A DNA stretch of 64,000 bases from Pirellulales bacterium. Its GTDB lineage: Bacteria; Planctomycetota; Planctomycetia; Pirellulales; JBGAPH01. The stretch is from contig JAXMBI010000010.1 in assembly GCA_046349955.1 (NCBI GenBank), forward strand, positions 102,319 through 166,318, written 5' to 3'. The translations under genes were made by a program, and so were the position numbers. Each line of letters begins with the position of its first letter. The stretch's first letter is position 1. Shown here one piece after another: positions 16,069-28,985 of this stretch. The notes under the pieces were generated by a model that did no database searches, was not told the origin of the DNA, and worked only from the letters and a program-made list of their open reading frames with translations.

Positions 16069-18654
16069 ATGTCCCTCCCCGAGCCCGACGAAATTGTTTC
16101 CTCGTTCGTCGAGGAGTCATTGGACCATCTGTCTGCTGTTGAGCAGCAGTTGATGGACATCGAAACTCATGGCGGCGACATCGAGCTAATCAACACCGTG
16201 TTCCGGGCGGTGCACTCCACCAAGGGAACGGCGGGCTTCCTGGGCTTTCACAAGATCGGTGGACTTGCACACGCCATCGAGCACGTGCTTGACCTCCAGC
16301 GCAATCAAGATCTCGCACCTTCTACGGAGAGCACAACGGCCCTGCTCGCCGCCACGGATCGGCTGCGCGAGCTGCTGCGCGACATAAGCCACTCTAACGA
16401 CGCCGACATCGATGGGCATGTGCGCGCATTGGAAGCGCTCGTCGAGGGCCCGGACTTTCAAGCCGCAGCCGCTCATTGCGAGACCGACTCCGCGCCTGCG
16501 CGGGGTGCCAGCGAACCTAGCCCGCGCGCTAGCGCCGGTCCTGAAACGAGCCTACGAGTATCGCTACGCACGCTGGATCGCCTGATGAGTCTCGCCGGCG
16601 AGCTAGTACTTAGCAGGAATCAATTGCTGCAGGTCGTGGAGCAGTGCGAAGCGGTGAAGCTCGGCCCGGTCAGCGCGCGCATCGACCAGGTTACCTCCGA
16701 GCTCCAAGAAGCGATCATGCAGTCGCGCATGCAGCCGTTGGCCAACGTGTTTGGGAAGTTCTCCCGTGTGGTCCGCGACCTGAGCAGTCAGTTGGGGAAG
16801 CAATGCCACCTCAGCGTAGAAGGCAAGGACGTCGAGCTCGACAAAACCATCATCGAGGCGATCGGCGACCCGCTAACGCACTTGATTCGCAACGCTCTGG
16901 ACCATGGGATCGAGGCGCCCGCAGTGCGCACCGCGAAGGGCAAGCCAGCGAAGGGCACGATCCGCCTGAACGCCGCTCATCGCGCCGGCCAGGTCTGCAT
17001 ATCGATCTGTGACGACGGCGCAGGCATCGATGCGGCAAGGGTCAAGCGGAAAGCGCTCGAGCAAGGAGTCTTCTCCGCTGAACAACTAGCCGCCATGAGT
17101 GAACGCGACGCCCTCCGGCTGATTTTTCACCCTGGCCTGTCAACCGCGGAGAAAGTGAGCGACGTCAGCGGCCGGGGTGTGGGGATGGATGTGGTGAAAA
17201 CAAACATCGAGCGGCTGGGCGGCAGCGTGGAACTGGAAACACAGCTCGGCCAAGGGACCAAGATCCTAGTCACGCTGCCCTTAACCCTGGCGATCGTTCC
17301 GTCGTTGCTCGTGCGCCTGGGCAACGAGCGATTTGCGGTGCCTCAAGCGGCCATCGGAGAACTGGTGCGGATCCGTGCTACCGACATGTTGTCAAGGGTA
17401 AATCGAATCCAGGGGGCCGAGGTCCTCCGACTGCGGGGCGATCTGCTGCCCTTAGTCCGCTTGCGTTCCGCCTTGGAGTCCGCTGGGGCCGGGACGACGG
17501 ATGCGGCGTGTCCCGCCCCGGAATTGCATATCGTGGTTGTGGTCAGCGGCTCGCTACGTTACGGACTCGTGGTAGACGGCCTGCTCGATTCCGAAGAGAT
17601 CGTACTGAAGCCGCTGGGGCGGCACCTCAAAGACTGCCCGGGGCTGGCCGGCGCCACGGTCCTGGGCGACGGCTGCGTCGCACTGATCCTGGACGTCGGT
17701 TCGCTCGCCGCGCTCGCACAGATGAAGCCTCGCGCCGAGGCCACTTCCGACCACGTCGAGGCGCACTCGCGTTCTCAAAGCGATGACGCGCACTCTGCAC
17801 TGTTGTTCCGAAATGGCAGCGACGAATGGTTCGCCGTGCCGATGTCTTTGGTATGCCGCGTGGAGCGGATCGGGGCGGAGAGCATCGATCACGTGGGCGG
17901 TAAGGAGCTGTTGCAATACCGTGGAAGGACGCTTCCGCTCATCAGCCTACACGAGCACATCCGCGCCAAGCCGCGCCCGCATCTGCCTCGATTGCACGTC
18001 ATCGTCTTCGAGACGGGAGGCCGTGAGGTTGGCTTGGTCGTTCCCGAATTGGTGGACATTCGCCACTTGGATTCCGACGTCGATGCGACGACGTTTCGGG
18101 AGCCGGGAGTCGCCGGATCGGTCGTGGTCGATGGACACGTTGTTCGGCTGATCAACCTGTTCGAGCTATGCGAGCTCAGCCTGCCAGAATACAAGGAGAC
18201 CTTGCCGGCTGCTGTCAGCGCCGGTGGTCGCGCAGCGCGGATTCTGCTCGCGGAAGATTCAGCTTTCTTTCGGAAGCAAGTGGCTGCTTTTCTCGAATCG
18301 CATGGCTACGACGTGGTTCCCTGTGAGGACGGGTCAGTGGCGTGGGAATCACTGACCGCGGCCGCCGCAAGCTTCGATCTGGTGGTCACCGACATCGAAA
18401 TGCCGCGGCTCAACGGATTCGAGCTCTGTCGGCGCATCCGGGACGATGCGCGTTGGTCGTCCTTGCCCGTCATCGCACTCACGTCGCTCGCGGGTCAAGA
18501 GGACCTGGATCGCGGGCGCGAGGCGGGGCTCGACGATCATCAAGTCAAGATGGACCGCGACCGGCTACTTGCTTCGGTAGCGCGGTTCCTATCGTCGGGC
18601 CGTGGCGTGCCAGCGGCGACGACCGCTCGGTCGACTTCCGCTAAGGCAAGGTAG
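16069..18654 (+). CDS. cheA: hybrid chemotaxis histidine kinase CheA (Hpt, dimerisation, HATPase, two CheW-like modules, C-terminal receiver)
   Basis: Hpt FRAVHSTKGTAGFLG. HATPase HLIRNALDHG, DDGAGID, GRGVGMDVV. Receiver ILLAEDS..VVTDIEMP..ALTS..VKM. Start taken at MSLPEPDE. Confidence 0.9.
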   Translation: MSLPEPDEIVSSFVEESLDHLSAVEQQLMDIETHGGDIELINTVFRAVHSTKGTAGFLGFHKIGGLAHAIEHVLDLQRNQDLAPSTESTTALLAATDRLRELLRDISHSNDADIDGHVRALEALVEGPDFQAAAAHCETDSAPARGASEPSPRASAGPETSLRVSLRTLDRLMSLAGELVLSRNQLLQVVEQCEAVKLGPVSARIDQVTSELQEAIMQSRMQPLANVFGKFSRVVRDLSSQLGKQCHLSVEGKDVELDKTIIEAIGDPLTHLIRNALDHGIEAPAVRTAKGKPAKGTIRLNAAHRAGQVCISICDDGAGIDAARVKRKALEQGVFSAEQLAAMSERDALRLIFHPGLSTAEKVSDVSGRGVGMDVVKTNIERLGGSVELETQLGQGTKILVTLPLTLAIVPSLLVRLGNERFAVPQAAIGELVRIRATDMLSRVNRIQGAEVLRLRGDLLPLVRLRSALESAGAGTTDAACPAPELHIVVVVSGSLRYGLVVDGLLDSEEIVLKPLGRHLKDCPGLAGATVLGDGCVALILDVGSLAALAQMKPRAEATSDHVEAHSRSQSDDAHSALLFRNGSDEWFAVPMSLVCRVERIGAESIDHVGGKELLQYRGRTLPLISLHEHIRAKPRPHLPRLHVIVFETGGREVGLVVPELVDIRHLDSDVDATTFREPGVAGSVVVDGHVVRLINLFELCELSLPEYKETLPAAVSAGGRAARILLAEDSAFFRKQVAAFLESHGYDVVPCEDGSVAWESLTAAAASFDLVVTDIEMPRLNGFELCRRIRDDARWSSLPVIALTSLAGQEDLDRGREAGLDDHQVKMDRDRLLASVARFLSSGRGVPAATTARSTSAKAR

Positions 18655-18671
18655 ACCTCCGGAGACTTTCC

Positions 18672-19157
18672 ATGCAGAGCGGGACAAGCCTAGTACCAGA
18701 CGCGCGGGGAGAAGTTCAGCTGGCGACGTTCCCCCTCGGCGACCTTTGGCTAGGAATCGACATTCGACGGGTCCACGAGATCAACCGCAACCTCCAAGTG
18801 ACGCGCGTCCCCCACGCGCCGCGGGCAGTCCGGGGCGTGATCAACCTGCGCGGCGAGGTCGTGACGGTTCTGGAACTAGGACCACTGCTGGGAGTGAAGT
18901 CGGCGGTTCCCTCCAGTGTCCAGCGCAACGTCATCGTAACTTGGGCCGGCGAACAGGTCGGCCTGGTCGTCGATGGAATCGCCGATGTGCTTAGCGTGGC
19001 GGTCGACGACATTGCTACCGTCCCTGAGCATTTGGCCGGCCGCGAGGCCAATTGTTTCCACGGAGTGCATCAGTTCGACGGCGGTCTGATCACCGTGCTC
19101 GACGTTGGTCAGGCGTTGGAGTTGGCGACCAGACCGGCGCTTTCCGGCACGCATTGA
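18672..19157 (+). CDS. cheW: chemotaxis coupling protein CheW
   Basis: 161 aa with CheW-like pattern LGIDIRRVHEINR..VINLRGEVVTVLEL. Confidence 0.85.
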   Translation: MQSGTSLVPDARGEVQLATFPLGDLWLGIDIRRVHEINRNLQVTRVPHAPRAVRGVINLRGEVVTVLELGPLLGVKSAVPSSVQRNVIVTWAGEQVGLVVDGIADVLSVAVDDIATVPEHLAGREANCFHGVHQFDGGLITVLDVGQALELATRPALSGTH

Positions 19158-19232
19158 CGCTCCAATCAATCGCGCTGGCGGTCGCTTCGACACGCCCAGC
19201 CTCATCCCAAACTGTTAAGAGGTCCCAGAAAG

Positions 19233-21161
19233 ATGCGACTGATCTCTCGCTTGTGGCCGAGGACTCTGCGGGCGAAATTGTTGGCCGTTGTGCTGCCGCT
19301 GGCGATCGTGCCGCCGGCCATCATCGGTTTCTGCGCCTTCGAGCGCTCGAAGCGCAGCTTGGTGGAGGAAACGGCCAATCGCCTACAAGTGGTCGCCGAG
19401 CACACCATCGATAAAATCGATCGCAACCTGTTCGAGCGGTACGGAGACGTGCAAGCGTTCGCCGCCAATCCCAACGCGCGGGCCACGCCAGACAAGGTCA
19501 CCGACACCGCCAACTTCTATACGAAGGTCTACGGCATCTATGACCTAATGCTCGTTGCCGACGCCACTGGCAAGGTGATTGCTTGCAACACGCTGGGCCC
19601 CGACGGGAGTTCGCATGAAGTCGGCGAGATCGTGGGTTCGAGCGTCGTCGGCGAGGAGTGGTTCGACAAGATCAAGGCCGGAGAAATCAAGCTGGGGCAG
19701 TCGTACTACGCTGATCTCGCTGCGCACCCGCGAGTTGCCAAGTTCATGAAGGGGCCCGGATTGTCGCTGGTGTTCGCGGCGCCGATCGTCGACGACCAAG
19801 GGCGGGTGAGCCGCGTGTGGGCGAACTTCGCCTCCTGGGATCGGGTGACGGGCGAGATCATGACCGATCTGCAGAAAAAACTGGCTGAAAAGGGCTATGC
19901 CACGACCACTTGCCAAGTCATCTCGAAGTCGGGCATCCTGTTGCACGACCCGCGCTCGCAGGACGCGCTCGAAATCGATCTTGCCAAAGCGGGGCTGCAT
20001 GCCGCCCAGGCCATTGCCGCAGGGCAAAGCGGGCATACGATCGACCAAGACGCAAGCACGGGAGTGGAACAGGTCCAGGGGTATGCCGCTAGTCGAGGGG
20101 CGCTGGGATTCCCCGCCTATGGCTGGGGCGTTGTAGTGGGCCAAAGCACGCAAGAGGCGCTGACGGCGGCGCGAGCTCTGGCTTGGTTCGTCGTGGGGTT
20201 GTGCGTGGCGACGGGCACGGTCGCGTCGCTCGTTGGATACTTTGTGGCGAGGGCCATCGCCGAACCGTTGGTCCGAGTTCGTCGCGGAATCGTCGCGGGC
20301 GCCTCGGCACTCAACGGCTCTTCCTCCCAACTCACCGCCACGGCGACCGAACTGGCGACCGGCGCCGGAGACACGACGATGCAGTCCGCCACGGTGGCCG
20401 CCGCGGCCGAGCAAATGTCTGCCAATATGCGCACCATGGCGGCTTCGACGGAGGAAATGTCGAACAACGTCAAGACCGTGGCCGCGTCGATCGAGGAACT
20501 CACGGCAAGCGTTGGTGAAATTGCCCGGAACGCCGAGCGTTCCTCGGGCGTGGCTCATCAGGCAGCCAACCTAGCGGAAGTCAGCAACGGGCGCGTGCGC
20601 GAATTGGGAACCGCCGCTGACGAGATCGGCAAGGTCATCGACGTCATCCAAGACATCGCCGACCAGACGAACCTCCTGGCTCTCAATGCCACGATCGAGG
20701 CCGCCCGCGCCGGCGAATCGGGCAAGGGGTTCGCCGTTGTTGCAACCGAGGTCAAGGAATTGGCCAAACAGTCTGCGACGGCCACCGACACCATTCGGCA
20801 GCGGATCCTGGGGATGCAGGATTCCACCAGCGAAACGGTGCGCGCGATCGCCGAAATCAGTGAGGCCATCAAGAACGTGAACGAGGTTGCACGTTCAATC
20901 GCGGCCGCTGTCGAGGAGCAGAGCATCGCCACAAAGGAGATTGCCCGCAACGTGGCTCATACGTCGGGCGTGGCCACCACGGTTTCGTTGGGCGTCTCGG
21001 AGTCCGCCTCGGCTTGCCAGGAGATCACCAAGAACATTGCCCGCGTGGACCAGGCGGCGAAACAAACGGCTGTGGGCGCCGCGCAGGCAAAGGACGCCGG
21101 CTCTCAGTTGCTTGACCTCTCGCACAACCTCCAGGACATGGTGGAACAATTGCAGGTCTAA
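19233..21161 (+). CDS. methyl-accepting chemotaxis protein with periplasmic (Cache-like) sensor
   Basis: Two TM segments flank a ~280-aa domain. Signalling hairpin [35 protein letters not shown]. Confidence 0.9.
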   Translation: MRLISRLWPRTLRAKLLAVVLPLAIVPPAIIGFCAFERSKRSLVEETANRLQVVAEHTIDKIDRNLFERYGDVQAFAANPNARATPDKVTDTANFYTKVYGIYDLMLVADATGKVIACNTLGPDGSSHEVGEIVGSSVVGEEWFDKIKAGEIKLGQSYYADLAAHPRVAKFMKGPGLSLVFAAPIVDDQGRVSRVWANFASWDRVTGEIMTDLQKKLAEKGYATTTCQVISKSGILLHDPRSQDALEIDLAKAGLHAAQAIAAGQSGHTIDQDASTGVEQVQGYAASRGALGFPAYGWGVVVGQSTQEALTAARALAWFVVGLCVATGTVASLVGYFVARAIAEPLVRVRRGIVAGASALNGSSSQLTATATELATGAGDTTMQSATVAAAAEQMSANMRTMAASTEEMSNNVKTVAASIEELTASVGEIARNAERSSGVAHQAANLAEVSNGRVRELGTAADEIGKVIDVIQDIADQTNLLALNATIEAARAGESGKGFAVVATEVKELAKQSATATDTIRQRILGMQDSTSETVRAIAEISEAIKNVNEVARSIAAAVEEQSIATKEIARNVAHTSGVATTVSLGVSESASACQEITKNIARVDQAAKQTAVGAAQAKDAGSQLLDLSHNLQDMVEQLQV

Positions 21162-21211
21162 CACACTTCAACCAGGTGGGATTCCGCACCCTGTAGTAGC
21201 GAGACCGATCC

Positions 21212-22273
21212 GTGGCCGGCGGAGTTGTAGGCAATACATTGCGAGTGTTGGTTGTCGCCGCCGACGCGCTGTGCCGCAAGCTGATTGCGGACGCGTTGCG
21301 ATCGATTTCCGGGGTTGAAGTTGTCGGCATGGCCGCGGACGAAGCCATCGCACTCGAGAAGCTCCGTCAGGGCCAGCCGGACGTCGTCGTGCTCGACGTC
21401 GCGGAGGCGGGGCTCGACACTCTCCACCGTATCCGCAACCTTCAGCCAGACACCGAAGTGGTCGGGCTGTGCGGAAACGGGGGAGTCGTCGCGCGAGTCC
21501 TCGAGTACGGCGCCCGAGTCTGCATCCCGTTTCCCGGAGGTCGGGCTTCCCCCGAACAGTGTAGGGAACTGAAAAGCAGCCTCAGCGAGGCTCTGGCGGG
21601 AGCGGTCGCGCGCCAGCAAGTGCGCAGGGCGCCGCGTCGGTCGCAGTCGCAAGAGGAGTGCGGCTCGCGAATTGCGACATTGCGTCCAGAGATCGTCGTC
21701 ATTGGGGTCTCGACCGGAGGCCCCGAAGCATTGTCCGAAGTGCTCCCTCAGTTGCCGGCCGATCTTGCGGCGCCGGTGCTGGTCGTCCAGCACATGCCGC
21801 CCGTCTTCACGCGCTCGTTGGCCGATGACCTGAATGGCCGCTGCAAATTGCGCGTGCTGGAAGGAGTACACGGGCAGCGGCTCAGCGCAGGCGAAATTCT
21901 GATCGCCCCCGGCGGACGTCACATGCGGATCGACAAATCCGCTGCCGGCCTGGTGGCCACTCTGACCGATGACCCGCCAGAAAACAGCTGTCGCCCTTCA
22001 GTTGACTACTTGTTTCGTTCCGTGGCCGAAGTGCTAGGGTCGAAAGCCTTGGCCGTCATCATGACCGGCATGGGTTGCGATGGCGCGGCCGGTTGCCGGC
22101 TCCTGCACCGCGAGGGGGCGGCCATCATCGCCCAAAACGCCGCCACCTGCGTGATCTTCGGCATGCCGCAATTGCCGATCGCCGAAGGGCTCGCGGAGGT
22201 CGTGGCGCCGCTCAAGGAAATCGCCGGACACATCATCAATCGGGTGGGGCACCGAACATGTCTCTCTGCGTAA
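21212..22273 (+). CDS. cheB: protein-glutamate methylesterase CheB with a degenerate receiver domain
   Basis: Catalytic elements IGVSTGGPEAL, VVQHMPPVFT and TGMGCDGAAG. The receiver keeps VVVLDV but reads VAADA where DD is expected and CIPFP where ..KP is expected. Confidence 0.85.
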   Translation: MAGGVVGNTLRVLVVAADALCRKLIADALRSISGVEVVGMAADEAIALEKLRQGQPDVVVLDVAEAGLDTLHRIRNLQPDTEVVGLCGNGGVVARVLEYGARVCIPFPGGRASPEQCRELKSSLSEALAGAVARQQVRRAPRRSQSQEECGSRIATLRPEIVVIGVSTGGPEALSEVLPQLPADLAAPVLVVQHMPPVFTRSLADDLNGRCKLRVLEGVHGQRLSAGEILIAPGGRHMRIDKSAAGLVATLTDDPPENSCRPSVDYLFRSVAEVLGSKALAVIMTGMGCDGAAGCRLLHREGAAIIAQNAATCVIFGMPQLPIAEGLAEVVAPLKEIAGHIINRVGHRTCLSA

Positions 22274-23115
22274 CGCCCAACGACCTGGCTGCGGTGGCCG
22301 ACCTGGTACGGGACCTTTGTGGGATCGTCTTGGACGACAGCAAGGGCTATTTGATCGAGAGTCGCCTGAGCCAGCTGGCTCAGAGCAATGGCTGCTGTTC
22401 GTTCCAAGATCTCGTCGACAAGGCCCGACGCCTGCCCGATGACTCGTTGGCGAATGCGATCATTGATGGGATCACTACCAACGAAACTCTCTTCTATCGC
22501 GACGGATCTCCATTCGAAGCGCTGCAGCACAAGGCCCTGCCGGAGTTGATCGACGCGAAAGCGGGCGGGCTTTTTCCCCGGCGACTGCGCATCTGGTCCG
22601 CTGCCTGCAGCACGGGACAAGAACCGTACAGCCTGGCGATGACCCTGAGCGACCTAATTCCCGATATCCACGCTTGGGACGTGCGCATCTTCGGCACTGA
22701 TATTTCGGACGCGGCAATTCGTCAGGCAAGCTACGGACGGTTTTCGAAGTACGAGATCGAACGTGGAATGCGCCCCGACTCGCTGAATAAGTACTGGGAG
22801 CCCGCCGGAGACGGCTGGCGGGCCAAGGACGAGATCCGCGGCTTGATCACGTTTCAGCGACGCAACCTGCTGCAACCATTTTCCGAGCTGGGCCCATTCG
22901 ACGTCATTTTCTGCCGCAATGTAGCCATCTATTTTGCGCCCGAAGCCCGCCGGGGCCTCTTCTTGAGACTTGCTCAAGTGCTGACGCCGGGAGGGTACCT
23001 GTTCGTGGGCGCGTCGGAGTCGTTGTCCGACCTGGGACCACAATTCGCCCCTCAACACCACTGTCGTTCGGTCTTCTATCAGCCCACCAAGGCCGCGGTG
23101 CCCCAGAAAAGGTAA
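22258..23115 (+). CDS. cheR: chemotaxis protein methyltransferase CheR
   Basis: TNETLFYRD, RIWSAACSTGQEPYSLAM, FDVIFCRNVAIYF. Start at MSLCVTP overlaps the cheB end by 16 nt. Confidence 0.85.
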   Translation: MSLCVTPNDLAAVADLVRDLCGIVLDDSKGYLIESRLSQLAQSNGCCSFQDLVDKARRLPDDSLANAIIDGITTNETLFYRDGSPFEALQHKALPELIDAKAGGLFPRRLRIWSAACSTGQEPYSLAMTLSDLIPDIHAWDVRIFGTDISDAAIRQASYGRFSKYEIERGMRPDSLNKYWEPAGDGWRAKDEIRGLITFQRRNLLQPFSELGPFDVIFCRNVAIYFAPEARRGLFLRLAQVLTPGGYLFVGASESLSDLGPQFAPQHHCRSVFYQPTKAAVPQKR

Positions 23116-23296
23116 TCGTTGAGCCGGCAAGCTGGGCTTGGGGGTGCCTATCACTCAACGGTTATATCGATCTGCCTCCAGTGTATGACGAGCGCCGCTA
23201 CTCCGGTGCGACCAGGGAACTTAGGGACCATTCCGTGGCTTTTCGCGCTCCTCCCGGTCACTGATTCGCTAACAACGTTCAAAGCCAGTAAGGTTT

Positions 23297-24023
23297 GTTG
23301 AGGTGCTGACACTTTGACGGACAGGCGGACTGCGATCTTTTTAGTGGTGTGGCAGCGGGTTTCCGGCCAGCAGCAGGCGTTCGGCTTGGCTGGGGGTGAG
23401 GTAGCCGAGGGACGAGTGCTTGCGGTCGTGCAAGTAGTAGCTCACATACTCGGCCAGCTCGCGTCGAGCCGCGCGGCAGTCTTGGTATTCGGTCATCTCG
23501 AGCTCCGTCTTGATCGTGCCGAAGCACGATTCCCTGAAAGCGTTGTCGTAGCAGTCGTCGGCGCGGCTCATGCTCTGCCGAAGGCCGGCCCGCCGCAGCA
23601 TGCCTCGATAGCGCCTGCTGGAATATTGCCCGCCCCGGCCCGTGTGATGGATCAACCCGGGCTGCGGCGCTCCCGCTCCACGCGATGCAGCTCGCGCTCC
23701 AGCTCGCGGACCCGCGCCTCGAGCGAGGTGGCGCAGGCCCGGCCGAGGCGAGCAGGACTTGCTTCCAGCGATGCAAGAGCGTGGGGCCCGAAAGGCCCAG
23801 CCGCTCGACGACCGACGACACACTGTGGCCTTCGAGCAACATCTGCACCGCCTCGCGCTTGAACTCGTTGGGATACGACCGCCGCAGCCGACGCGCTCGC
23901 TCCAAGCCCGCCCCAGCCGCCCGCGGCGCCTCCCGCTTCCCAACCTTCCGACACACAATGGACTCCTTCCTTTACCCCCAGTCTAAGCAGTCCAACTGTC
24001 CGTCAAAGTGTCAGCATCTCAAC
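23297..24023 (-). mobile_element. IS3-family element with a large internal deletion (~0.73 kb; orfA N-terminus joined to orfB C-terminus)
   Basis: 28-bp terminal IRs with 1 mismatch: GTTGAG(G/A)TGCTGACACTTTGACGGACAG. OrfA HTH piece YPNEFKREAVQMLLEGHSVSSVVERLGLSGPTLLHRWKQ. Integrase-core tail GLIHHTGRGGQYSS..CYDNAFRES..HSSLGYLTP. Several frame changes. Confidence 0.8.
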
Positions 24024-24269
24024 CCGCCTAACCCACTCCACGACGGAAGAAGCATCGTCCTATTGGTCCAAATAGCGATTGATGTTAGCTGGTGCCCACT
24101 GAAGGTAGAGCAGCGGAGGGCAGACGCGACAAATGAATGGATTGTCAGGACTGCAAGAACCATAACTTGCGGCACACAAAAACGCGGGGAAGCTCATTTG
24201 CATGAGGGTAAACCCTGACCCATATTCCTATAGAGGGGTACCGAATCGACTGCTGAGGGGGGACACATC

Positions 24270-24626
24270 GTGAATGGCTATCGCGTTGTCGGTGTTTGTC
24301 GTGCGGAAGTTGATCACCCGTCACGTCACCAGCACATCGTGGCGGTCGGCACCGTGAAGTTGAGCGAACGCAGCAACAACCCAACCCATCTCTGGACTCA
24401 CGAGGATATTCAAGCTGACGGTGGCTGGACTCGATTTGCATTGGACAGGGACTTCAGCGTTTCGAAGCGGTCCATCGCGGTGACATCTACTGTGTGCCAC
24501 GAGTGCGGGGCCCCCTGTCTTAAAGTGGAGCCGCTTGCATGGGCCCGCCTGCTTCCAGAATGCCCGATCGACGATGACGTCGCCAGTATGCTGGCCGACA
24601 GTTCAAAGCAATTGATCCCGAAATGA
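24270..24626 (+). CDS. hypothetical protein, possibly DUF3892-like
   Basis: HQHIVAVGT and C-terminal ..LLPECP resemble DUF3892 as I remember it. GTG start. Lies in a lower-GC patch. Confidence 0.3.
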   Translation: MNGYRVVGVCRAEVDHPSRHQHIVAVGTVKLSERSNNPTHLWTHEDIQADGGWTRFALDRDFSVSKRSIAVTSTVCHECGAPCLKVEPLAWARLLPECPIDDDVASMLADSSKQLIPK

Positions 24627-24802
24627 CCAGTTTTCCGGTCGAAGGGAGGGAGCCGAGAGCGAGGCAACGGGTTCAGATAGATATGAATGCGGGCCCTTTG
24701 GCTAGGTCGTGTCCGGAGCCTCTCAGATTTGTTGACCAATCATCCTGCCCGGTGCAGTCACGAAGCAGCACCCTTGGGCAGGCCGGCCGGCCGGGGGGCC
24801 AA

Positions 24803-25036
24803 TCAAGAGCCCCTGGCCGGCCTCCGCGTTTCGTATCGCAATTCGTCGAAGTCGCGGACCGACGACTCTCGCCAGGCTTCGCGGACGCGCTTCAGGTCGT
24901 TGTGGATCGTGCCGACGGCCACGTTGAGTTGCACACTGATCTGGGCCATCGTGTGGCCTTGCAGGTTCAGGTCGGCCGCCCGCTGCCGGCGGTTCAGGAC
25001 GGCATGATTCCGGCTTGGCCCGCGTGTGCGCCCCAT
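24803..25036 (-). CDS. small HTH DNA-binding protein (phage/sigma-region-4-like)
   Basis: LNLQGHTMAQISVQLNVAVGTIHNDLKRVREAW is a classical helix-turn-helix pattern. Confidence 0.4.
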   Translation of the reverse strand: MGRTRGPSRNHAVLNRRQRAADLNLQGHTMAQISVQLNVAVGTIHNDLKRVREAWRESSVRDFDELRYETRRPARGS

Positions 25037-25256
25037 CTTTCAGCCCCTGTCGGTGTTCAGGTTTGGGTCTGAATCTATTCTAGCAGCGTTCCTCGCGGAC
25101 CCGCGTATGCATGAGGGGTGTGGTGCTAACGAACGATTGAAACACTCGCCGACTCGGTTGCTGACTCATCGCCAACGAAACACGTCCCGAGGCGCCTTAT
25201 CGCCTCGGGACGTGTTTAGAAATGGCCAATTGTCGGCGTTGAGTCGTTCTGGATCG

Positions 25257-28367
<3,111 letters not shown>

Positions 28368-28864
28368 TCGTTACTTGGTGTGGGAACTCTCGCCTGGACG
28401 TCCTGCTGCGCGGGCTGCCCCGACCGCCGGCCCAACGCCCTGTTGGAGATTCCGGTTTAGATGACGATCGAGCGATGGGCCGTTGAGCTCAGCGTCCGAT
28501 TCGCGCCGGGCGCCCAAGCGACTATCCCGCTCGAAGCAGAGAGTGGAATTCCGCCGGGACTTCCGCCAAAGCTGCGAAAAGAAAGGCCGAACTCCGAGGG
28601 GAGACTGCTTTTCCTTAACGAATCCCGGAAAAAATGGCGCACAAAACGCCCCTCTTACCCCGTGTTGGCTGCCGCGATCAAAGCTTGGCCGAGGCTGCGG
28701 GCGCTTGCGTCGGACTTTGAATTCGACGCCACTCCAGGCCAGCCAACGACTTGCGCCGCCGCCCGACTCATCGCCGACTTGATCGATTCGGGCGGCCGCC
28801 GCCTTACGGGTCTGTCGTCTACGGTAGGGGTTATTTTGGCGAGCCTCGGAGCATTGCCGTAGAC

Positions 28865-28962
28865 GTAGACAGAGTAGACCGCGAAGACACTAAGACACGA
28901 AGTAATGCATTTCTTTGTGTCGTCGTGCCTTCGTGGTCTATTTCTGTCTCTCTGTGTCTCCG
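28865..28962. repeat. imperfect long palindromic repeat (GAGACA/CACGAAG word family), locus 1
   Basis: The arm GTAGACAGAGTAGACCGCGAAGACACTAAGACACGAAG pairs with CTTTGTGTCGTCGTGCCTTCGTGGTCTATTTCTGTCTC.. around the centre TAATGCATTT. It lies 24 nt downstream of the stop of 28986..29846. Confidence 0.7.
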
Positions 28963-28985
28963 TTGCTAAGAACCATCTCAGATGG

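Noticed and set aside
16583-16625. CUGAUGAG hammerhead-like core
   Set aside because: It lies inside the cheA coding sequence (..RLMSLAGE..). No GAAA element or flanking helices complete a hammerhead.
28461-28862. 133-aa plus-strand ORF upstream of the adhesin gene
   Set aside because: Its composition is not obviously non-coding, but it has no recognisable motif, signal or neighbour logic. It is left uncalled rather than reported as a gene.
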